DNA of 64,000 bases from an uncultured Candidatus Rokubacteria bacterium (GCA_963758635.1 CAVWWD010000011.1:134510-198509), one strand, 5' to 3'; shown: positions 47,738 to 58,559, counted from the first letter of the stretch. The notes: generated by a model from the letters alone, not told the origin. Program-made: numbers and translations.

Positions 47738-49231
47738 TCAGCGAGTCAGGCGCAGCCGCAGCACGCTCACCGAGTGGGCGGGGAAGACGTGCTCGATGCG
47801 GCCTCCGCCCGCGGCGAGGCGGCGCTCGGTCGCGCCCACGCGCGCGGGGGCGTCGAAGTCGTTGGTCGCGTCCACGCCCGGCCCGTTCACCTCGGCGAGC
47901 GCCCCGCCCGGCTCGGCGACGGCGTCGCCCAGGTCGATCGTGGCCGCGTGCGCGCGGTCGCGGTCACGGTTGACCACCGCCACGGTGAGCGCGCCGCCGT
48001 CGGCGTCGCAGGTGGCGGTGGCGTCGAGCATCGTGAACGGTCCGAGGTCCGCCACGTGGTGGACGCGCCCCGAGGGCTCCTCGACGAGCGGCCCGTCGTA
48101 GGTCTCGCCGCTCACGTGCACGTCCAGGGCGAGCTCCCGCGTGTGCTCGGCATAGAGCCGGAGGGGATGGTAGATCGTCTGCAGGAACAGCCCGCGCGGG
48201 CTCGTGAAGATCGGGGCGATCGCGTTGACGAGCTGGGCGAGGTTGGCGATGCGGACGACCCGGCACTGCCGGATGAACACGTTCAGGTAGCCGGCCACGG
48301 CGAGCGCGTCGGTGAGGGTGTAGCGCTCCTCGACCCCGCCCACGCGGTCGGCGTGGCTGCGCGTCCGCCACCACACGTTCCACTCGTCGAAGGCGACGGC
48401 GATCGGGTGCGTGATCCGTTGCATGTAGCGGACGCGCTCGATGAGCGCCGCGCAGATGCGGATGGCGCGCTCCGCGTGGTGGGACTGGAACACGGTGGCG
48501 TAGTGATCGGGCGAGCCGGTGTAGAGGTGGATGCTGTGGTGGTCCACGAACTCCGCGAGCCCGGCGAGCACGATCTCGTCCCACTCGCTCCACCCACCCT
48601 GGCCGCAGCTCACCAGCTCGATGGTGGGGTCGGTGCGCTTCATCACCATGGCGAACGCCCGCGCCTTCTTCACGTAGTCGTGCGCGTTCATGTTCCCGAT
48701 CTGCCACGATCCGTACATCTCGTTGCCGAGCCCCCAGTACCGCACGCGATACGGCTCGGCGTGGCCGTGGCGGCGGCGCAGCTCGGCCCAGGACGTGCGC
48801 CCGGCGCCATTGCAGTACTCGACCCAGGCCTGGGCCTCGTCCATCGTGCCCGAGCCCATGTTCACGCAGATGAACGGCTCGGTCCCGATGAAGCGGCAGT
48901 ACTCGATGAACTCGTCGGTGCCGAACCGGTTCGACTCCTCCGCGTACCACGCGAGCTCGGTGCGCCGGGGGCGCGCGTCCTTCGGGCCGACGCCGTCGAG
49001 CCAGTGGTAGCCGCTCACGAAGTTGCCGCCGGGCCAGCGGAGCAGCGGCACACGGAGCGGACGCACGGCGTCGGCCACGTCGGCGCGGAAGCCGCGGGCG
49101 TCGGCGAGCGGCGAGCCCTCGTCGTACACGCCGCCGTAGATGCAGCGGCCGAGATGCTCGATGAAGTTGCCGAAGATGCGGCGGTCCACGGTGCCGATCC
49201 GCCGCGCCAGGTCGATGCCGATGCGCGCCAT
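47738..49231 (-). CDS. alpha-L-arabinofuranosidase (GH51)
   Basis: ATG 49231 in ORF 47738..49612. RWPGGNFVSGYHW, WGLGNEMYG, AFDEWNVW. Confidence 0.9.
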   Translation of the reverse strand: MARIGIDLARRIGTVDRRIFGNFIEHLGRCIYGGVYDEGSPLADARGFRADVADAVRPLRVPLLRWPGGNFVSGYHWLDGVGPKDARPRRTELAWYAEESNRFGTDEFIEYCRFIGTEPFICVNMGSGTMDEAQAWVEYCNGAGRTSWAELRRRHGHAEPYRVRYWGLGNEMYGSWQIGNMNAHDYVKKARAFAMVMKRTDPTIELVSCGQGGWSEWDEIVLAGLAEFVDHHSIHLYTGSPDHYATVFQSHHAERAIRICAALIERVRYMQRITHPIAVAFDEWNVWWRTRSHADRVGGVEERYTLTDALAVAGYLNVFIRQCRVVRIANLAQLVNAIAPIFTSPRGLFLQTIYHPLRLYAEHTRELALDVHVSGETYDGPLVEEPSGRVHHVADLGPFTMLDATATCDADGGALTVAVVNRDRDRAHAATIDLGDAVAEPGGALAEVNGPGVDATNDFDAPARVGATERRLAAGGGRIEHVFPAHSVSVLRLRLTR

Positions 49232-49344
49232 GTCGTCGTTCCTCTCGCTCGTCGGGCTCGCGTGCCGGAGGACCGGCCGCGACGCGGAGTCTAGCCGAGA
49301 TCGCGGCGCGTAGTGTCGCAGTTTGGGGCGCCGATGCTCGCCTC

Positions 49345-49466
49345 TCTCCCTCTCCCTCCCAGGGAGAGGGCCGGGGTGAGGGTCGGTAGCACTATCTCGC
49401 GGCCAGACGTTCCGCGTGCTTGTTCGACCGCCCCTCACCCTACCCCTCTCCCAAAGGGGAGAGGGA
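49345..49466. repeat. second full copy of the MITE/REP-like element (inverted)
   Basis: The reverse complement aligns end to end with 16764-16886, differing at roughly one position in eight by eye. Confidence 0.7.
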
Positions 49467-49573
49467 ACGACCGTGCCATCCGAACCTGAGACACCGCGAC
49501 GCGGCGCGGCGCGTTGACTCTCTGCGGAGCCGGGTCCTATACTCCGTGCGCGATTGAATTGCGAGCCGAGCCG

Positions 49574-49741
49574 CAGGCGAGGCGAGCGCATCCGGAAATG
49601 CAGTGGAACCAACCGTCAACCTCGCTTGGCAGGCGAGGCGAGCGCATCCGAAAATGCAGTGGAACCAACCGTCAACCTCGCTTGGCAGGCGAGGCGAGCG
49701 CATCCGGAAATGCAGTGGAACCAACCGTCAACCTCGCTTGA
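49574..49741. repeat. 3 x 56-bp tandem repeat
   Basis: Unit caggcgaggcgagcgcatccggaaatgcagtggaaccaaccgtcaacctcgcttgg at 49574, 49630 and 49686, with one mismatch in each of units 2 and 3. Each unit contains GCGAGG..CCTCGC arms. 56 is not a multiple of 3. Confidence 0.85.
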
Positions 49742-49793
49742 CAGGCGGGCGCCGCGGCGGCTCGCGAGCGCGGACGCGCGAATGGAGGAAGCG

Positions 49794-51071
49794 ATGAGCC
49801 AGGCACACGAAGGGGTGAGCCGTCGGGACGTGTTGACCGGAGCCGCCGCGCTCGGGGGCGCCGCCCTCCTCGGAGGCCGCCCGCGCGCCGCCGCCGCGCA
49901 GGGCAAGCCCACGATCACCTACTGGAACGGCCTCACCGGCGCCGACGGCAAGGTGATGGACGAGCTCATCGGCCAGTTCACCCGCGAGACCGGCATCAAC
50001 GTGGAGCAGCAGCGCATCCCGTGGGCCGAGCTGTACGCGAAGCTCCAGGTGTCCGTGCCCGCCGGCGAGGGGCCGGACCTGGCCCTGATCCACACCGTCG
50101 AGGTGCCGCACTTCGCGAGCGATGGGATCCTCGACACGATCGCCGACGGCACGGCCAGCGGCAAGGGCTTCCGCGTCGACGACTACCTGCCCGCGACCTG
50201 GCAGGGCGGCGTGTACCAGGGCAAGCGCTACGCGCTCCCGCTGGACGTGCCCCAGCACCTCCTCTACCTGAACGTGAAGGTGATGAAGGACGCGGGCCTC
50301 GCCGGCGCGGACGGCAAGCCGAAGGTGCCCGGCAACCGGACCGAGCTGGTGACCATGGCCAAGCAGGTCGCGAAGGGCGACACCTTCGGCTTCGCCATCG
50401 GCACCGCGAACCCCGGCAGGTACACGTGGGGCTTCCACAACCTCCTCTGGCAGAACGGCGTCAACGTCTACGCGCCGGACCTCAAGCGCTCCGCCCTCAC
50501 CGAGCCGGCGGCCATCGAGGCCGCGGAGTACTGGGGCGCCTTCCACGCCCAGCACAAGGTGGCGCCGCCCGCCAACGCGAGCTGCCGCGACGCGTTCATC
50601 GCGGGCAAGCTCGGCATGTGGCTGGCCGGCTCGTGGAACTTCACCGGCCTGCGCGACGCCAAGGTGGACTTCGCGGTGGCGCCGGTGCCGCGCCTCTTCA
50701 AGCAGCCGATCGTGTGGACGATGCCCCACCAGTACACGTTCCCGAAGCCCAAGGCCGCGGACGCCGCGCGGCGCGAGGCGGCGTGGACCCACGTGCGCTG
50801 GATGACCGATCACGTCGCGGAGTGGACGCTCAAGGCCGGGCAGGTCTCGGCCATCAAGAAGGCCCACGCCGACCCGCGCATCAACGCCGACCCGGTGCTG
50901 AAGACGCTGCTCGCGCAGGCGCCCAACTGGCAGGCGGGCCAGCCCACCCCGAAGTGGGTGGCGGCGGAGAACGTCACGCGCCCGGTGATCGAGAGCCTCT
51001 ACATCGGCCAGCGCACGGCGAAGGCGGCCATGGAGGAGCTGGCGAAGCAGATCAACGCGCTCCCCGACTGA
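49794..51071 (+). CDS. ABC sugar transporter substrate-binding protein (family 1), Tat-type signal
   Basis: ATG 49794 after GGAGG. SRRDVLTGAAALGGAALLG. Body in ORF 49554..51071. Confidence 0.85.
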   Translation: MSQAHEGVSRRDVLTGAAALGGAALLGGRPRAAAAQGKPTITYWNGLTGADGKVMDELIGQFTRETGINVEQQRIPWAELYAKLQVSVPAGEGPDLALIHTVEVPHFASDGILDTIADGTASGKGFRVDDYLPATWQGGVYQGKRYALPLDVPQHLLYLNVKVMKDAGLAGADGKPKVPGNRTELVTMAKQVAKGDTFGFAIGTANPGRYTWGFHNLLWQNGVNVYAPDLKRSALTEPAAIEAAEYWGAFHAQHKVAPPANASCRDAFIAGKLGMWLAGSWNFTGLRDAKVDFAVAPVPRLFKQPIVWTMPHQYTFPKPKAADAARREAAWTHVRWMTDHVAEWTLKAGQVSAIKKAHADPRINADPVLKTLLAQAPNWQAGQPTPKWVAAENVTRPVIESLYIGQRTAKAAMEELAKQINALPD

Positions 51072-51078
51072 CCGGCCC

Positions 51079-51996
51079 GTGACGCCAGAGGCGGTCTCGC
51101 GCGCGGGCCGGGCCGGCGCGCGGCGCCGCCCGCTGGCGCGGACGCTGACGCCGTACCTCTTCCTGCTTCCCGGGCTCCTCCTGTTCGCGACGTTCCGCGT
51201 GTACCCGCTCCTCGAGGGGCTCTGGTTGAGCTTCACCAACGCGCGCCTCGGCCGGCCCACCCAGGCGTGGGTGGGCCTCGCCAACTACGCGCGGCTCCTC
51301 GACGACGCGCGCTTTCACACGAGCCTCTGGAACACCGCCTTCTACACCGTGGCGAGCACGCTGCCCGTCCTCGCCATTCCCCTGGCCCTCGCCCTGGCCT
51401 TGAACCGCGGCTCGCTGCGCGGGCTCCTCCGAAGCGCGTTCTTCTTTCCGTTCACGCTCTCGGTGGTCACGGTGGGCCTGACGTGGCTCTGGCTCCTCGA
51501 TCCGGTGGTGGGGCCGTTCACCTACTACCTGCGCGCCGCGGGCGGTCCGGCGCGGTCGTGGCTCGCCGATCCCTCCACCGCCATGTGGGCCATCATCGCG
51601 ACGACGGTCTGGTGGGTCACCGGCTACTACCTCGTGATCTACCTGGCCGGGCTCCAGGACATCCCGCGCGACCTCTACGAGGCGGCGGCCCTGGACGGCG
51701 CCGGCGCGTGGCGGAGCTTCTGGGCCATCACGCTGCCGCTGCTGCGCCCGGTGCTCCTCTTCGTGTTCGTCACGCACTTCATCGGGTCGTTCCAGATCTT
51801 CGGGCAGGTGTTCGTGCTGACCATGGGCGGCCCCGCCGACGGCACGCGCACCGTGGTGCAGCACCTCTACGAGACGGCGTTCCAGAACTTCTTCCACTTC
51901 GGGTCGGCCTCCGCCATGGCCTGGACGCTCTTCGCGGTGATCCTGGTCTTCTCGGTGCTCCAGTTCCGCGTGCTCCGCGGCCACACGGAGTACTGA
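51079..51996 (+). CDS. carbohydrate ABC transporter permease
   Basis: 305 aa, 6 TM, EAA-like loop (DLYEAAALDGAGAWRSFWAITLP). Confidence 0.85.
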   Translation: MTPEAVSRAGRAGARRRPLARTLTPYLFLLPGLLLFATFRVYPLLEGLWLSFTNARLGRPTQAWVGLANYARLLDDARFHTSLWNTAFYTVASTLPVLAIPLALALALNRGSLRGLLRSAFFFPFTLSVVTVGLTWLWLLDPVVGPFTYYLRAAGGPARSWLADPSTAMWAIIATTVWWVTGYYLVIYLAGLQDIPRDLYEAAALDGAGAWRSFWAITLPLLRPVLLFVFVTHFIGSFQIFGQVFVLTMGGPADGTRTVVQHLYETAFQNFFHFGSASAMAWTLFAVILVFSVLQFRVLRGHTEY

Positions 51997-52859
51997 TGGA
52001 GCGCGCGGGCACGCCGCCCCGGATCGACCTCCAGCGCCTGGCCCTGACCGGGGCGCTGCTCGCCCTGGCCGTCCTCTGGCTCCTGCCCGCGGTGTGGGTG
52101 CTCGTGACCTCGCTCAAGCCCACCGAGAACATCGTGCGCGTGCCGCCGGAGTGGATCCCGTGGCCGGCCACCGGCGCGCACTACCACGAGGTGCTCCTCG
52201 GCACCTCGCGCACCGCGCGGATCGGGCGCGCGTTCGTCAACAGCGTGATCGTCTCGCTGGGCTCGGTGGCCATCGTCCTCGCCACGAGCGCGATGACCGC
52301 GTATCCGCTCGCGCGGATGCGCTTCCCGGGTCGCGACCTGATCTTCGCGGTCATCGTGGGCAGCCTGATGATCCCGAACGCCGTGCTCCTCGTGCCCCAG
52401 TACCTGCTCACCCAGCGCCTCGGCTGGCTCAGCACGTTCCAGGGCCTGATCGTCCCCGAGGCGGCGATGACGTTCGCCTTCGGCGTGTTCCTGCTCCGCC
52501 AGTTCTTTCTCACCCTGCCCACCGACCTGGAGGACGCCGCCCGCATCGACGGGGCGAGCGCGTGGCACATCTTCACCCGCATCGTGCTGCCGCTGTCCCA
52601 GCCCGTCCTCGCCGCGCTCGCCATCTTCGCGTTCCGCTCGGCGTGGAACGACTTCCTCTGGCCGCTCATCGCCGTGAACAAGGTCGACATGTTTCCGCTG
52701 CCCGTGGCCCTCACGCTGCTCCGCGGCGCTTACGCCGCGGAGTCCTACGGCCCGATCATGGCCGGCGCGGTGCTCAGCGCGCTGCCGCTCCTCGTCGTGT
52801 TCGCGATCGCGAACCGCCGCATCGTGGAGGGCGTCCGGCTGTCCGGGATGAAGGGCTGA
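51996..52859 (+). CDS. carbohydrate ABC transporter permease
   Basis: ATG 51996 overlaps the previous stop (TGATG). DLEDAARIDGASAWHIFTRIVLP. Confidence 0.85.
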   Translation: MERAGTPPRIDLQRLALTGALLALAVLWLLPAVWVLVTSLKPTENIVRVPPEWIPWPATGAHYHEVLLGTSRTARIGRAFVNSVIVSLGSVAIVLATSAMTAYPLARMRFPGRDLIFAVIVGSLMIPNAVLLVPQYLLTQRLGWLSTFQGLIVPEAAMTFAFGVFLLRQFFLTLPTDLEDAARIDGASAWHIFTRIVLPLSQPVLAALAIFAFRSAWNDFLWPLIAVNKVDMFPLPVALTLLRGAYAAESYGPIMAGAVLSALPLLVVFAIANRRIVEGVRLSGMKG

Positions 52860-52886
52860 CGTCGCGGCCGCTCAGGGCGGGCGGGC

Positions 52887-54299
52887 TCAGCGGCGGCGCG
52901 GGTCGATCGGCGTCGCCACCGGGCAGTGCGCCTCGATCACGGCGGCCGCGTCGAAGCAGAGGTCCTCCCGGCACGGGCCGGCGATCACCTGGACGCCCAC
53001 CGGCACGCCGTCGTGGAGGCCGGTGGGCGCGGAGATCGCGGGGAGCCCCAGCACCGACACCGCGAGCAGCGGCCCCTGCGCGTCGATCAGGCGCGCGGTG
53101 GTCTCGCGGTCGCGCACGTCCGTGCCCACGGCGAACGGCGGCGCCTTCGAGACGGGCGCGACCACGACGGGCACGCGGTCGAAGAACTCCTGCCAGAGCC
53201 GCAGGAGGCGCCAGCGCTCGGCGAGCGCGTCCAGGCAGGCGGCGGCCTCGCGGACCGGGAACACCTCGCGCCAGAGCCCGAGCGAGTGCCGGATCGCGGC
53301 GTCGCCGTTGGCGGCGACCAGCGGCTCCAGCCGCGCGATCGTGTCGGGCATGGCCAGCGGCTGCCAGAGCGCCGCCGCCTCCGCGAAGGCGGGCGGCTCG
53401 ATCTCCTCGACGGCGTAGCCCGCCGCGGCCAGCGCACGGCCGGCCCGGCTCACCGCGTCGGCGACGGCCGGATGTACCTCGGCGCCGCCCGGCCGCGGCG
53501 CCAGCGCGACGCGGACGGGACGCGCCGGCCGGGGGAACGCGCCGATCGGCACGGCGCGCGGATCGCGCGGGTCGGGCACCGCCATCGCCTCGAACGCGAG
53601 ACGCAGGTCGGCCACGCTCCGCGCGAGCGGGCCCTGCACCGCCATGAGCTGCGAGGCGATGGCCGGCGGCGCCGTCGCGGTGGGGTTCCACGAGGGGACC
53701 CGGCCGTACGAGGGGCGAAGCCCGAACACGCCGCAGCAGTACGCGGGATACCGCACCGAGCCCGCGATGTCGTTGCCCTGGCCGATCGGCCCGATGCCGC
53801 TGGCGACCGCCGCGCCGGCGCCGCCGCTCGATCCGCCGGGCGTGATCCCGGGATCCCACGGGCTCAGCGTCCGGCCGTGGAGCTCGTTGTCGGTGAACCA
53901 GCGCATCGAGTAGCACGGCGTGTTCGTGCGGCCGACGACGATCGCGCCGGCGCGCCGCAGGTTCGCGATCACGGGGCTGTCGGCCTCGGCGACCAGCGCC
54001 TTGTAGGCCGGCACCCCGTTGTCGGTCGGGCACCCGCGCTGATCCGTGTTGACCTTGGTGGTGACCGGCACGCCGTGGAGCGGGCCGAGCGGTCCGCCGC
54101 TCCGCCGCGCCGCGTCCGCGCGATCGGCCTCGGCGAGGGCCTCGTCGGCGAGCGGGAGCACCACGGCGTTGAGCTGCGGGTTCACCTGCGCGAGCCGCGA
54201 CAGGGTGGACTCCACCACCTCGCGGGCCGACACCGCGCCGGCGCGGAGCAGGGCGGACAGCTCGACGGCGCCGAGCTGCCAGAGGTGATCGGAAGACAT
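52887..54299 (-). CDS. amidase (amidase-signature family)
   Basis: AAGGAG RBS before ATG 54299 in ORF 52887..54329. GGSSGGAGAAVA signature. Confidence 0.9.
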   Translation of the reverse strand: MSSDHLWQLGAVELSALLRAGAVSAREVVESTLSRLAQVNPQLNAVVLPLADEALAEADRADAARRSGGPLGPLHGVPVTTKVNTDQRGCPTDNGVPAYKALVAEADSPVIANLRRAGAIVVGRTNTPCYSMRWFTDNELHGRTLSPWDPGITPGGSSGGAGAAVASGIGPIGQGNDIAGSVRYPAYCCGVFGLRPSYGRVPSWNPTATAPPAIASQLMAVQGPLARSVADLRLAFEAMAVPDPRDPRAVPIGAFPRPARPVRVALAPRPGGAEVHPAVADAVSRAGRALAAAGYAVEEIEPPAFAEAAALWQPLAMPDTIARLEPLVAANGDAAIRHSLGLWREVFPVREAAACLDALAERWRLLRLWQEFFDRVPVVVAPVSKAPPFAVGTDVRDRETTARLIDAQGPLLAVSVLGLPAISAPTGLHDGVPVGVQVIAGPCREDLCFDAAAVIEAHCPVATPIDPRRR

Positions 54300-54342
54300 G
54301 GGCGGCGCTCCTTGGTGAGATCGCGTCACGAGTGATCCGGCG

Positions 54343-55798
54343 TCACGAGCGAGGCGCGGGCGTGTAGCGCTGGATCACCGGCACCTTCACCGGCCAGCCC
54401 GCCTCGAGCCGGGCGTCCGGCGCCACGCCGTTCGCCACCGCGATGCGGGCCGCGTTCCACGTGCTCCCGCCGCGCTCCAGCACCTGGGCCACGGTCTCGC
54501 CGGCGCGCGCCGGGCGCACTCGCAGCCGGCTCTCCATGATGCGCTCGCGATCGGCGGGGCGGAGCGGACGCAAGCTCGCCGCCGCGCGCTGGAGCGTGGG
54601 GCCGTGGCGATCCCACGCGCGGACCTTCGTGATGCCGGCGATCCGGATGACGACGCCACGGTGCGCGACCCAGGTCAGCGCCACCCGGTCGCCGTCGCGC
54701 GTGTCGGCGAGGAGCCGCGCGGCGGGCGGGCTGGAGCCCGCCACCCGCTGCACGCGCGCCAGGTGCGGGTCCTTCACGCCGTCCGCCTTCGCCGCCGCCA
54801 CCGGGTCGTCGCCCGGGCCGACCACGCCGAGGAGCACGACGGCGTCCTTGTCCGGCATCGCCACCGCCCCGGCCGTGTCGGACGTGTTGAGGGTCTTCCA
54901 CCGCGGGGGCATCTCCATGGCGATGTCCAGGTCGGGGTGCACGAACAGCGAGTCGAGGAAGACGCCGGTCTCGGGGTTGTCGCCGACGAGGACACCCTCG
55001 AGCCGGGCGACGAACGCCTCGCGGCTCGCGCGCGAACGGCGCCGTCGCCGCGCGCGACTGGCCGCGCGCCTTCGCGTGGATGCTGGCGATGCGGTCGGGG
55101 CCGGAGGGGTGGGACGAGAAGAAGCCGGTGCGGTTCGGGTCGCCCCCGGCCAGCGCCTCCACGCCGTCCAGCGTGTGCAGGAACGTGGCGAGGGCCTCGG
55201 GCTTCCACCCGGAACGCGCGGCCAGCGCGATGCCGCGCGTGTCGGCGTCGTGCTCCTGGTCGCGGCTGTAGGACGCGAGGACGGCGCCGGAGGCGAGGCG
55301 GCCGGTCCCGCCGACGATGCCGCCGAGCGTGGGGCTCACCGTGCCCAGGATGGCCGCGGGCACGCCGAAGAGCACCGCGAAGGGCGTGGCCGCGCTCGCC
55401 GCGCGCGCGCTGTGGCGCTCCAGCACGTGGGCCATCTCGTGGCCGAGCACGCCGGCCAGCTCGTCCTCGGAGTTGACGTACGGCAGCAGTCCCCGGGTCA
55501 CGTACACCCATCCGCCGGGAGCCGCGAAGGCGTTCGGCTCGGTGTCGTCGGCGACGTTCACGTTCCAGCGGACCTCGCCGGGCTGCGCGGCCTGCGCGAG
55601 CCGTCCCGCGATCGCGCGGACGTACTCGAGGATGCGCGGGTCGCGCACGAGGCCCATGGTCTGCTCGACTTCCTTGGCCGCCTTGTCGCCGAGCGCGACC
55701 TCCTCCTGGGGCGACATCGTGGCGCAGCCTCCGACGCCCAGCACGGCCATCGCCGTGAGCGCGCGGCGGTTCCATTCCCGGCGGGTCAGGGTTTCCAT
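54343..55798 (-). CDS. M48-family metallopeptidase lipoprotein with C-terminal LysM-like domain, frame interrupted
   Basis: ATG 55798. Lipobox VLGVGGC. HEMAHVLERH. The N-part is in ORF 54326..55882 and the C-part in ORF 54343..54942. They join in the gcgcgcg run at ~55025 (..APFAR/SREAFVARLEGVLVGDNPETGVF..). Confidence 0.8.
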
Positions 55799-55943
55799 GG
55801 GTCCCAAGTCTGGCACGGGTGGAGAGCGCACGTCGCGCCAATCCGTGAGCGTCTCGCCCGCCGTGCGGTCTTCGGAGATCATCGGGCCGCGGTCTCGCGC
55901 TCGCGGCGCGCGGCGAGCCGACTACAGCCATACTTATGGTAGG

Positions 55944-56204
55944 ATGCGCCTCGTGAAGACCAAGACGACGATCATGCTTCCCGAGGAGCTGCTGGTGGCG
56001 GCCAAGGAGCAGGCGGCCCGGGAGCGCTCGACCCTCGGCGCCCTGATCGAGCGCGGGCTCCGCCGCGAGCTGTCGGCGGGGAAGCGGGCTCCGGCGGCGA
56101 AGCGCCGCCGGATCCGGTGGGTGACGGTGGCGGGCGGGCTGCCGCCCGGGCTCGACGTGGGCGACCGGGCCGCGATGCACGATTGGCTACGTCGCAACCC
56201 GTGA
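55944..56204 (+). CDS. vapB: VapB-type antitoxin
   Basis: 86 aa (ATG 55944 in ORF 55317..56204). KTKTTIMLPEELLVAAKEQAARERSTLGALIERGLR. GTGA overlap with vapC. Confidence 0.65.
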   Translation: MRLVKTKTTIMLPEELLVAAKEQAARERSTLGALIERGLRRELSAGKRAPAAKRRRIRWVTVAGGLPPGLDVGDRAAMHDWLRRNP

Positions 56205-56638
56205 TCGCGATCGACACCAACCTCCTCGTCTACGCGCATCGCCGGCAGCTCCCCGAGCACGGGCCGGCGCGAAGGGCCATCGAGCGGGCTGCTGGCTCCG
56301 GTGCAGGCTGGGGTATCGCGCTGGCCAGCGTCGCCGAGTTCTGGAGCGTGGTGACGCACCCCGCCGCCCCTCGAGCCTCCACGGCAGCCGAGGCGGCCGG
56401 GTACCTCGCGGCGCTCCTCGGAGACGGCGGGGGGGAACTCTGGGTGCCCCGGCCGGGCTTTGGGGAGCGCTTGCTCCGCCAGTCCCGGGACCTTCCCGTC
56501 CGCGGACCGCGGATCTTCGACCTTCAGATCGCGCTCACCGCGGCCGAGCATGGAGCCAGCGAGGTGTGGACCCATGACCGCGGCTTCGTCACGGTTCCCG
56601 GGCTGAGGGTGCGCGATCCCCTCGTGGAGGGCCGCTGA
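56201..56638 (+). CDS. vapC: PIN-domain toxin VapC
   Basis: GTG 56201. IAIDTNLLVYA.., ..IFDLQIALTAAEHGASEVWTHDRGF. Confidence 0.8.
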   Translation: MIAIDTNLLVYAHRRQLPEHGPARRAIERAAGSGAGWGIALASVAEFWSVVTHPAAPRASTAAEAAGYLAALLGDGGGELWVPRPGFGERLLRQSRDLPVRGPRIFDLQIALTAAEHGASEVWTHDRGFVTVPGLRVRDPLVEGR

Positions 56639-56643
56639 GAGCG

Positions 56644-57190
56644 TCACCTCACCGCGCGGCGCAGGGCCTCGAACGGGCCGGGGAAGTACGCGACGTTGTG
56701 GAAGGCCTCCCGGGCGAGGGCCTCGGCCAGGCCGCGCGCCTGGACGCCATCACGGCCGAAGACGACGATGCGCGTGTTGTGGTCCTCCATGGGCAGGCGG
56801 CCGTCGTCCTTCGCCTTCCTCACCTCGCCCACGTCCTTGCCGGGCTCCACGGCGCTCTGCGGGATGCTGCGGGCGCCCGGCAGGCTGCCCGCGGCGAACT
56901 CCTCGGCGCTCCGCGCGTCGAGGAACACCGCGGTCCGGTCGCGCTCGAGGACGTGCTGCACCGCCTCCAGCTCGATCTCGCAGAGTCCGACGAGGGCGCG
57001 CCACACCGGGATGCCGAGCTGGTAGCGGCGCACGCTCGTGAACCCGGCGGCCAGCAGCTCCTCGCTCAACCGCTTGCTCTTGCCGCAGAAGGGGCCGTTG
57101 CAGTAGAGGACCAGCGGCCTGGCCTTGTCGCCGCCCACGAGACGCTCCACCTCCTTCACGTCGGACACGTACATGGACATGGAGACCCCG
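56644..57190 (-). pseudogene. rhodanese-domain protein, N-terminally truncated
   Basis: C-terminal part of ORF 56644..57531. It holds the end of one rhodanese domain (PLVLYCNGPFCGKSKR..) plus a complete second one (..TAVFLDARSAEEFAAGSLPGARSIP..). It is fused in frame to a regulator fragment. Confidence 0.6.
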
Positions 57191-58544
57191 GCCACGGCGT
57201 GGGCCCAGAGGTCGGCGTCCACGTCTTCGCTCGCCGCCAGCGCCTGCCGCGACCACGCGAGCGCCTGCTCGTAGTCGCCGACGAAGCGGCAGGATGACGC
57301 GGCCGTCCGCAGCAGCCAGGGGTGCGCCTGGGCCACCGGCGGCGGCAGTCGGCGCACGAGGTCGCGGAACAGGTACGCGCGCTGGGCGGTGAGGCGGCCG
57401 GCGCGATACGGGAGGATCACCCGCACGGCGTCGGCGTACGCGCCGGCCAGCAGGTAGTGCCTCACCGCTTGATCGCCCTCGCCCGCGTCCTCGAGGTGCC
57501 GGCCGGCGCGCCGGTGCAGCTCGGCCCCCATGTCGGGCGCGCTCGATGTCCAGACGCTGGCGCAGGAACTCGCCGAAGAGCTGGTGATAGCGGAACCGCG
57601 TGCCCGCTTCGTCCAGGCGAGAGACGAAGAGGTTCCGCCGCTCGAGCGCGGCGAGGCACTCGGGCGCGTCCGGGAATTCCGACACGCTCCGGCACAGCGC
57701 GGGAGTGATCTCGAACAGCACCGAGGTGCGGAACGCGAACTCCCGAAGCCGAGCCGGCAGCTCCTCGAGCACGACGGTGGCGAGGTACTCGAACACCTCC
57801 CGCGGCGTCCCCTCCAGCGCGGGCAGGCCTCGGCTCCCGACCGCCTGGGCCAGGAGCGTCAGGGCCGCGGGCCAGCCCTCGGTGCGCTCGGCCGCGGCCC
57901 GAAGTCGCGGCTCGTCGAGGTCGACGCCATGGATCGTGCGCAGCAGATCGGTCGCCTCGTCGAGCGTGAAGGCGAGGCGGTCGCGATCGAGGACCATGCG
58001 CGTCCTCCTGGACCAGTAGCCGGGGAAGGCTGCGCAGAGTCGGCCGCGTGCGCGACGCGACGACCGCGTGCGCGTGCGGCGGCAGGTGAGCGACGAGGTA
58101 ATCGGCGAGCGCCTGGGCGGCCGGCGTGTCGTCGAGGACGTGGAAGTCGTCCAGCACGATCACGGTGCCCTCGGGAATCGCCTCGAGACAGCCCGTCAGG
58201 ACGGCCTCGACCGTCCGCGCGCTCGGCCCGCCGGCCAGGATCTCCAGCGCGCGCTTGCCGGCGCCGGGGGCGACGCGCTGCAGCGCGAGGACGATCCCCG
58301 CGGCGAACAGCGTCGGATCGGTGTCGCGCTCGTCGAGCGTGAGCCAGGCCACCGGGCGATCGACCCCGCCGAGGGCCGAGGCCAGCAGCGTGGTCTTGCC
58401 GTAGCCGGCCTCCGCGGTGAGCAGGACGAGGCGCCGGGCGAGGCCTCGCCGGAAGAGGTCGAGCAGATGCGAGCGCGGCAGCAGCGCGACACGCGTGCGC
58501 GGCGGCGTGAGCTTCGACGACGGCAGCACGAACGGCTCGGCCAT
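57190..58544 (-). pseudogene. MalT/LuxR-type AAA regulator, N-terminal ~450 aa only, 2 frameshifts
   Basis: MAEPFVLPSSKLTPPR.., Walker A AEAGYGKTTLL, Walker B VIVLDDFH (ORF 57462..58544). Continues in ORF 56750..57997 (..TEGWPAALTLLA..RFRYHQLFGEFLR), then in ORF 56644..57531. No C-terminal HTH is left. Confidence 0.65.
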
Positions 58545-58559
58545 TGACGCCTCCTCGCG

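Noticed and set aside
49574-49741. Possible CRISPR array.
   Set aside because: The units are directly adjacent with no unique spacers, there are only three copies, and no cas genes are in the window.
49554-49797. ORFs translating the 56-bp repeats as repeated peptides (..RRGERIRKCSGTNRQPRLAG..).
   Set aside because: The period is not divisible by 3, so each unit is read in a different frame. There is no RBS, and the region is the promoter spacer of two well-supported genes.
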